Part shown: piece by piece, positions 45,778 to 64,000 of the stretch
Numbering within the stretch: the first letter of the stretch is position 1
How the letters are laid out: every line of letters starts with the position of its first letter
Origin: the human T2T-CHM13v2.0 reference genome, Homo sapiens
Strand: one strand, 5' to 3'
DNA length: 64,000 nucleotides
NCBI RefSeq assembly: GCF_009914755.1
Contig: NC_060943.1
Made by a program: the position numbers and the translations under genes
The notes under the pieces: generated by a model
What the model was told of the DNA's origin: nothing
Seen by the model: only the letters and a program-made list of their open reading frames with translations
Databases searched by the model: none

Positions 45778-46120
45778 TCAGTAAGATAGACCAGGTGTGG
45801 TGTCTCATGCCTGTAATCCCAGCACTTTGGGAGGCTGAGGAAGGAGAACAGAGGACCTCCTGAGGCCAGGAGTTTGAGATCAGTGTGGGCCACATAGCAA
45901 GACCCCCTCCCCACCATCCCTACAAAAAAAGCAATTCAAAAAAAATAATGCCTTCAGGCAGAATGGGAGTGGTGCTTGGTTCAAGCCTGACATAAGTGTG
46001 AGTTTGGGGCACAAATTCTGCTCTGAATACCAGGGACAGCCCATGTAATACAGCATTTCCCTTTGTGCCCACGCAGCCCTAAGGGAGGTGTGGTTTGTTG
46101 TTGTTGTTGTATCTTTTTGA

Positions 46121-46482
<362 letters not shown>

Positions 46483-48268
46483 TGAAACCTCTGGGGAGGT
46501 GTTGTTTTTATCCCTCCCCACAACCCCCTGTTGATGGACAGACAAGGACAATGAAACACAGAGAGGTAAAAGCCCTGGGTTAAAGTCACACAGCACATAA
46601 AAGGTTCCTGATCATGCCGTGCAGGGCATCTCGCCAAACCTCAAAAATTCACAATCTCATAGCGCAGCTTGCTCTGTGAGGCCTCCCCACCTCTTCCTTC
46701 TCTCCTTCCAGGCTCCAGTCAAGGTCAGTGCCCAGCTTCCTGCTCTGGGCCACTCAGCAGCCACCTTCCTCCTTCCTGGGTAAGGAGGTAGGGAGCTACC
46801 AAGGAGGCAGGGACATCCGTGTAGAACATTCTGCTTTTCTTTTTTCTTTTTTTTTAAGATAGAGCCTGACTCTGTCGCCCAGGCTGGAGTGCAGCTGTAG
46901 TGTAATGGCACAATCGCAGCTCACCACAACCTCCATCTCCCAGGTTCAAGTGGTTCTCCTGCCTCAGCCTCCTGAGTAGCTGTGATTACAGGCATGTGCC
47001 ACCACGCCTGGCTAATTTTTGTATTTTTAGTAGCGACGGGGTTTCTCCATGTTGGTCAGGCTGCTTTCAAACTCCTGACCTCAGGTGATCCGCCCCCGCT
47101 TGGCCTCCCAAAGTGCTGGAATTACAGGCGTGAGCCACTGCGCCTGGCCTAATTTTCTCTAAAATAGAGACAAGTTCTCACTATGTGGTCCAGGCTGATC
47201 TCGAACTCCTGAACTCAAGCAATCCTCCCAGCTCAGCCTCCCAAAGTGCTAGCATTACATGTGTGAGCCATCATGCCTGGTCCCTGTCTGTTTCATTCTC
47301 CCTGTCTCTCTAGTCCTGCCTCTCTCTGTGTCTTCTGGTCTTTTTCTCTATTTGTCTCTTCCTCTGTCCCTTTTATCATCTCTGTCCCTTCCCTCCCTCC
47401 CTCCCTCCCTTCCTTCCTTCCTTCCTTCCATAGGTGAGAAAAAGTAGCATCTTTTCCTCACCTATCACAAAGTTTGCAGCTGGGGCACCTACAGTAAAAG
47501 GTTAACAGACACAAGCATAACAAATGTATTTAAGGCAAGTGTTGACATGGGAGCCTTCAGAAATGAAGGCCTAAAGAAACAGGGAAACCTGGGTGGGTTT
47601 TTTGTTTTGTTTTGTTTTTAGATGGAGTTTTACTCTGTCGCCCAGGCTGGAGTGCAGTGGCGCGATCTTAGCTTACTGACTGCAATCTCTGCCTTCCATG
47701 ATCAAGTGATTCTCCTGCCTCAACCTCCCCAGTAGCTGGGATTACAGGTGCGCGCCACCATGCCCAGCTAATTTTTGTATTTTTAGTAGAGAAGGGGTTT
47801 CACTATGTTGGCCAGACTGGTCTCGAACTGCTGACCTCAGGTGATCCACCCACTTTGGCTTCTGGAAGTTCTGGCATTACAGGCGTGAGCCACTGTGCCC
47901 GGCTACCTCCCGTTCTATGATCTATGGTTTAAACGCTACATTTGACCACTATCAATACTCCCAGTATCAAAACTGGGAAACCTGGGTTCTTCACCCAGAG
48001 CCTAAAACGAACAGCATTCTTTGCCTTGTGGGTGACAATAGCAAACATTTACCGCCTGTGTATATGTGCCAGACACTGTTTTAATCCTCAGAGAGGTGAT
48101 GTCACTTGCCCAAAATCACACAGCTCGTGACTGTGAGTCTGAAATTGGCCAGAGCTTGTGCACCTAGCCACTGGTGGTGATGTGTCTTTGAGTCATCGAG
48201 TCCAGCATTCTGTGTTGGACTTAGTGAAAGGATATACTTTTGTAGTGATGAGAAAGGAGCTTTATCTA

Positions 48269-49898
<1,630 letters not shown>

Positions 49899-50204
49899 TA
49901 GAGCCAGCCTACACTTGTCATAGGCCATGGCCGATGAATGGGAAGTCCACGGTGGAGCTGGGTGTTCCTCTCAAGTTCAACTGGCTGCGGCCAGGAGGGC
50001 AGGCAGGCCAGGTGGACAATTTCCCTTCAAAGTGGATACAGGCAGGACATGCAAAGATGAATATCTCTGGCACTGGACTCTGGCAAGTAGGAAAATAAAA
50101 ACAAAAGATGAACATCTTGGGCCGGGCGCGGTGGCTCACATCTGTAATCCCAGCACTTTGCGAGGCTGAGGCAGAAAGATCACGAGGTCAGGAGTTCGAG
50201 ACTA

Positions 50205-50488
<284 letters not shown>

Positions 50489-50844
50489 TCAGTCGATAAA
50501 CACCCACATTTAAACATACCATGTGGGCCAGGTGCAGTGGCTCACGCCTATAATCTGAGCACTTTGGGAGGCCAAGGTGGGAAGATCACTTGGGCCTAGG
50601 AGTTTGAGACCAGCCTGACCAACATACTGAGACCTTATCTCTACAAAAGAGAATTTGTTTTTAGTTAGCTGGGCGTGGTGATGTGCACCTGTAGTCCCAA
50701 CTACTCGGGAGGCTAAGGCAGGAGGATTGCTTGAGCCTAGGAGGTCAAGGCTACAGTGAGCCACGTTCTCACCACTGCACTCCAGCCCAGGTGGCAGAGC
50801 AAGATCCTGTCTCAAAAAATAAATAAAAAATTAATAAACAAAAA

Positions 50845-51290
50845 ATGCATACAATGTATAGATACACAAAGTGTATATATATACATATATATGTATACAC
50901 ATTCACATATACACACATGCTGTGTTCACAATCACCTAGATGACATATGTATGTGTATACATACTTACACATATACCCTTACATGTACACGATATATCTC
51001 TACCCATACACTACCATGTACACATGTCCATTTGTACACAGCTGTATATGTACACACACAATTTTGCACACACCTGTATATGTATACAATGTATGGATCC
51101 CCATATCCACATTACACACAATGTGTACGCATCTACCTGTGTACACACACCCACGTATGAACACAATGTAGACACATCTGTATAAACACACTTGAGATAC
51201 ATGCCTGTGCACATAGGCAAGTATGTGCCAAGTATTTACACACCTGAAGTAGAAGCACACACACACCCACACTATGCCTGCACACCACCG
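50845..51290. repeat. Degenerate (CA/TA)n low-complexity tract upstream of the FUT2 exon 2 acceptor
   Basis: Alternating purine-pyrimidine sequence (TACA, CATA, CACA) seen directly. Confidence 0.9.
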
Positions 51291-51363
51291 CATGGCCACG
51301 TTCACCAGCGCCCCGGGCCTCCATCTCCCAGCTAACGTGTCCCGTTTTCCTCCCCTGACAGCC

Positions 51364-53816
<2,453 letters not shown>

Positions 53817-54316
53817 CTAGAGCTCACTGTTTTCTAGTTAGTCCATCTGGAAGTGGAGCCTTTTTCCAGTTTGCACAAATGTGCCATATTGGCTTGTAGC
53901 TGGCATGCATCCAAGTCCATAGGTCCTGCCTCTTCAATCCTGGCTTTCTAGGGCCTGGGATGATCATTGCTAGAACTGAGAGACCAGCCTGGCTCAGTGA
54001 ACTTCAGGGCGTTCCGTTCATTCTTTCAGTAAATGTTTGCAGCACATGTGTTACATGTCAGGCAGTGAAACCCCCCACAGCAGCCTTCCCTCTCAGAGGA
54101 TACATTTGTAACCATTACACAGTCATCAAAGGAATAATTTTTTTTAATCACCAGTGTGCATACAGTCATGGAGTTGGGTATTCCCAGCTACCAGGGAGGC
54201 TGAGGTGGGAGGATTGCTTGATGCCAGGAGTTAGGGAATATAGTGCACCGTGATTGGACTTGCGAATAGCCACTGCACTGCGGCCTGGACGACGTAGTGA
54301 TACCCTGACTCTTATA

Positions 54317-54334
54317 AATAAATAAATGAATAAA
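54317..54334 (+). terminator. FUT2: FUT2 polyadenylation signals (clustered AATAAA)
   Basis: AATAAATAAATGAATAAA about 1.9 kb after the stop codon. Confidence 0.75.
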
Positions 54335-54395
54335 CACAATTATGACTTTGCGGATGGGAGAAAAGGTTCTCTGAGAGCGTATTACATAAGTATCA

Positions 54396-61150
<6,755 letters not shown>

Positions 61151-61160
61151 AGAACACTTC

Positions 61161-61166
61161 TTTAAT
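61161..61166 (-). terminator. MAMSTR: Candidate MAMSTR polyadenylation signal (ATTAAA)
   Basis: TTTAAT on the plus strand, about 520 nt past the MAMSTR stop; the first canonical-type hexamer I found in the UTR. Confidence 0.5.
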
Positions 61167-61685
61167 AAATGACTGGCATTTATATCTTGTCTCAGGCTCT
61201 GCTTCCAAGAGAAGCTGATCTTAGACCTGATGCTTCTAATTTTTTCATCTCCAACCAGAACCCAGGGAGGTCAGGGTCCGGCTCCCCCATTCTCCCTCTC
61301 CACTCTTTCTTGCTCCTCTCCTGCATCCAAAAGGCATAACCACCTTCCAGGCTCCCCAAACAACAGGGAGCCATCTACCGGGGTCGGGGGCATGTAAGAA
61401 CATCCATGAGGTCTCTGAAGGAAGCAGCAAGCAGCTTGTTTGCCGTGGCCAGCAGCAAAAGAAGCCCCCCAACCATACCACGCCGGAGGGGGATCATAAG
61501 GAGGCCAGGTAGGCAAAGTTAAGGCAGTTGCATGTCAGCAGCACTTCAGGAGGCAGGTGGGGTTGGAGGTTGTCTCCGATCCTGTGTCTGCGGTAGGAGG
61601 GGCTCTGCTGGTAGTTCCCTCTCCTCCCACAAGGAGCTTCTCTCCACCCCCATCAGTTCTCTGTCTCTGTAAATCCTAGAATCCA

Positions 61686-61969
61686 TCACCATGGATCCTC
61701 CAGCAGGTCCCACAGCCGGCTGCTGCTGGAGTCAGATAAGTCAGCGGAGAAGATGCTGGGGGGTGGGGGACCAGAACCCAGAGGAGGACCCCCGCTCAGG
61801 GCCTCCAGCCAGTCCAGGGAGTCCGTGGGGTCCCTGGGAGAAGGGGAGGAGGAGTTCGTGGGAGACGGGAGTGAAGAGGAGAAAACAGATGAGAGGCCTT
61901 CAGAGTCCGGGGAGGGGGACAGCACGTCGAAGGAGCCAGGGAAGTCCAGGGGAATAGGGGGCAGGGGGT
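61686..61969 (-). CDS. MAMSTR: MAMSTR last coding exon
   Basis: tcccgcag|AC. Encodes (D)[24 protein letters not shown]...LWDLLEDPW*. 284 nt. Confidence 0.95.
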
Positions 61970-62134
61970 CTGCGGGATAAAGAATGGTACATGAGCTTGG
62001 AAAGTCAGGGGTCCGGGCGCCAGCCCCCCATACCCCATTTCCAGGATCCAGCTCCCCAGCTCACGCCTCCCTTGGACGCAGGAGTCCGGAACCTCAGCCC
62101 CCACCTCCCCTAAATCTAGCAGTTTGGATCCTAC

Positions 62135-62189
62135 CATCAGGCTCCACCTGATCCTCCAGGATGTCATCGATGCCCCGGTTAGGAAGCAA
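62135..62189 (-). CDS. MAMSTR: MAMSTR coding exon
   Basis: catccgcag|TTG...GATG|gtagg. 55 nt, encodes [18 protein letters not shown]. Confidence 0.93.
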
Positions 62190-62278
62190 CTGCGGATGGA
62201 GAAATTTGGCGTGAACTCGGGACTGCGACCTGGACCTGACTGGAGAACCCTAGCCGGATTCAACCCACACCCTCTTAC

Positions 62279-62464
62279 CTGCGCCCTCCGGATCGCTTCC
62301 TGCAGCTCCTCCTCCAGAGTCAGAGCCGCTGAGCCCGGCCCTGAGGAAGGGGTCAGGGCTGGAGCTGCAGCAGGAGCCGGAGTGGGAGTTGGAGCCGGAG
62401 CCGTCCCCGGGGTATCCGCGGCACGTGGAAGAGGTGGCCTGTGAGATGCTGCGCTGGGCTTGAC
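62279..62464 (-). CDS. MAMSTR: MAMSTR coding exon
   Basis: ctctag|GTC...GCAG|gtaag. 186 nt, encodes [25 protein letters not shown]...[15 protein letters not shown]. Confidence 0.93.
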
Positions 62465-62784
62465 CTAGAGCAGCCAAGAGGGCGAGCGCCCATAAGCCAT
62501 GCCCACAGGGCGCAACCCCACCCACTCGCAACGTGTGGCTCCACCCCTTGATCCTCTCGCGACCCCTCGCTCATCAACCCCTTTGGCCTCGCCCCCTATT
62601 CTTTCATTGGCTCCTCTTCTCTAAAGATCCGCCCCCTGTTAGTCTGAACCACGTCCCCTCGCCTTCAAGGCTTCCTACCGCCGGTCCTCGCCCCCACACT
62701 TCATTGGCTAGTTTTTTCGACACCCCGCCCCGGCCCACTTTGCTTTCTCTTCATTGGTCCGCAAGCGCATAGCCCCGCCCTCAC

Positions 62785-62979
62785 CGAGCCCTGACGCCGG
62801 GCGGCTGCCAGGGCCTTGGGCTTGAGGCGCGGCCAGGGAGCACCCGCGGGACTGTCCTCGCGCCGCGGCTTCGGCCGCTCGCGGGGCGGCGCGCCGCCGC
62901 GCATGCGCTCCAGGAGCATAGACTTGGTCCCCGACACTGGGAGGCCCCGCAGGCGCAGCTGCTGCCGGAGCTCTGAGAC
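62785..62979 (-). CDS. MAMSTR: MAMSTR coding exon (SAP domain)
   Basis: ccccag|GTC...CTCG|gtgagg. 195 nt, encodes [27 protein letters not shown], matching the SAP motif. Confidence 0.96.
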
Positions 62980-63224
62980 CTGGGGAGGGGCGGGGCGTGG
63001 GAAGAGGCAGTGCTGGGCGGGCTCCCGGGCGCAGGCAGGAGCTGGACAGGATATTTGGAAACCGAGAAAGGAGGCACTGGGGGTCCGGACTCCTGGGACC
63101 CTAAAACAGGATGGGACTGGGTACCCGATCTCCTGGATTTCCAGAGGGCAGAGGCTGCGGGGTTGGAATTCTGGGACCCCACCGAAGGAGAGAGAAGGCC
63201 TGGAAAGTTACACCCCAAACTCAC

Positions 63225-63327
63225 CGTCAGCTCCTCCAGTTTAAGGGTCTGAAGTTCCAACTTGTGTGGGGGGGGCGAGGGGCTAGGGACTCCTGGTGGG
63301 CAGGGAGTGAGGGGAGAGGGCTTCATC
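63225..63327 (-). CDS. MAMSTR: MAMSTR coding exon
   Basis: tcaccag|G...GACG|gtgagt. 103 nt, encodes [34 protein letters not shown]. Confidence 0.94.
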
Positions 63328-63399
63328 CTGGTGATAATCGTGAGGGGCGAACAAAGGTTAGAGAGGTAGAGGGGGAAAAGGCGTTCTGGGGTCCTCAAA

Positions 63400-63670
63400 G
63401 ACGGGGAGCTGGGGAAGATGCAGAAAAGTGAGGGTCCAGAATTCTGGGTCTCCAAGGGCGCAAACATGGGGCTAGATTTCTGTGCATGGGGGAGGAGGAA
63501 CTAGGCGTTCAGACTCGGGTCTGAAGGGCGAAGGGAGGGGCTGGGATCCTGGACTCTTAAACCCTGGGAGAAGAGAGGGTTGGGGGCCCCAATCCCCTAA
63601 TCTTGGACTCGAGGTTTGAGGGAGGAGGATGCTGGGACCTGAATTTCTGGGTCCCGGGAGAACAGAAGTG
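63400..63670. repeat. Degenerate MSR1-like minisatellite units in MAMSTR introns
   Basis: GGGAGGAGGGGCTGGG...CCTGGACTCCTGGGTC-like units on the opposite strand to the NTN5 array; also near 62000-62110 and 63050-63180. Confidence 0.6.
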
Positions 63671-63680
63671 GGTGTCATAC

Positions 63681-63865
63681 CTAGGATGTGGCTGCTGCGA
63701 GTCTGTCCCTTCCCACAGAGATGGCCCAGGAGGACCCAGGGCGGACCCCTCGGCTTGGGGGTCCGCCCTGGATCCCTGTCTCGGCTCTGGGGGCATGTAC
63801 TGGTGGTATGTCAAGTTCCCCCTGGGCTTGGACTCCCTCCAACGTTGGGAGATCTTGGGAGACTC
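63681..63865 (-). CDS. MAMSTR: MAMSTR coding exon (gene continues beyond the window)
   Basis: ctctttcag|GAG...CTAG|gtatga. 185 nt, encodes [31 protein letters not shown]..., including the myocardin-family YHQY motif. The six exons total 1008 nt = 335 aa plus stop. Confidence 0.95.
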
Positions 63866-64000
63866 CTGAAAGAGCAGGTGTGATGTTTTAGGCTTCAGCG
63901 CGGCTCCCACCTTCCGGCCCCAGGACTACATGCAAAGTATGGGGTCAGCTCGGTGCCACCGAAGAGGAGCAAAAATGGCAGCAGCAACAAGGGAGACAAA

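Larger units (their letters stand above)
62200..63050. other. Intragenic CpG island in MAMSTR
   Basis: High CpG density, with ATTGG boxes and GC boxes in the intron 62465-62784. Confidence 0.85.

Noticed and set aside
51274-51363. 30-aa N-terminal extension of FUT2 (373-aa ORF)
   Set aside because: Lies almost entirely in intron 1 across the branch point and acceptor. The mature CDS starts at 51364.

Overview
Human genomic DNA from the secretor locus (chr19q13.33), very Alu-rich. The minus strand carries the complete NTN5 (netrin-5) gene; I reconstructed six coding exons giving 489 aa. It also carries the last six coding exons of MAMSTR (335 C-terminal aa, including the SAP domain). The plus strand carries the SEC1P alpha-1,2-fucosyltransferase pseudogene and the complete FUT2 gene (343 aa, functional secretor allele with synonymous 357T and 480T). 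I see no new multi-gene system. The best leads are: (1) a small upstream plus-strand exon at 21562-21673 that splices in frame onto SEC1P, rebuilds a 368-aa ancestral Sec1 ORF, has GTG in place of its start codon, and sits head-to-head with NTN5 exon 1; (2) a ~1.3 kb Alu-bounded direct duplication flanking the FUT2 coding exon; (3) a triplicated CCAAT/CRE promoter-like module at the NTN5 3' end that may drive antisense (SEC1P-sense) transcription; (4) a 1.13 kb (CAC/CAT)n repeat in NTN5 intron 2; (5) a 116-bp inverted duplication upstream of FUT2; (6) a possible NTN5 codon-362 Gly variant. Repeat subfamily names and comparisons to reference or orthologous sequences are from memory and need database confirmation.
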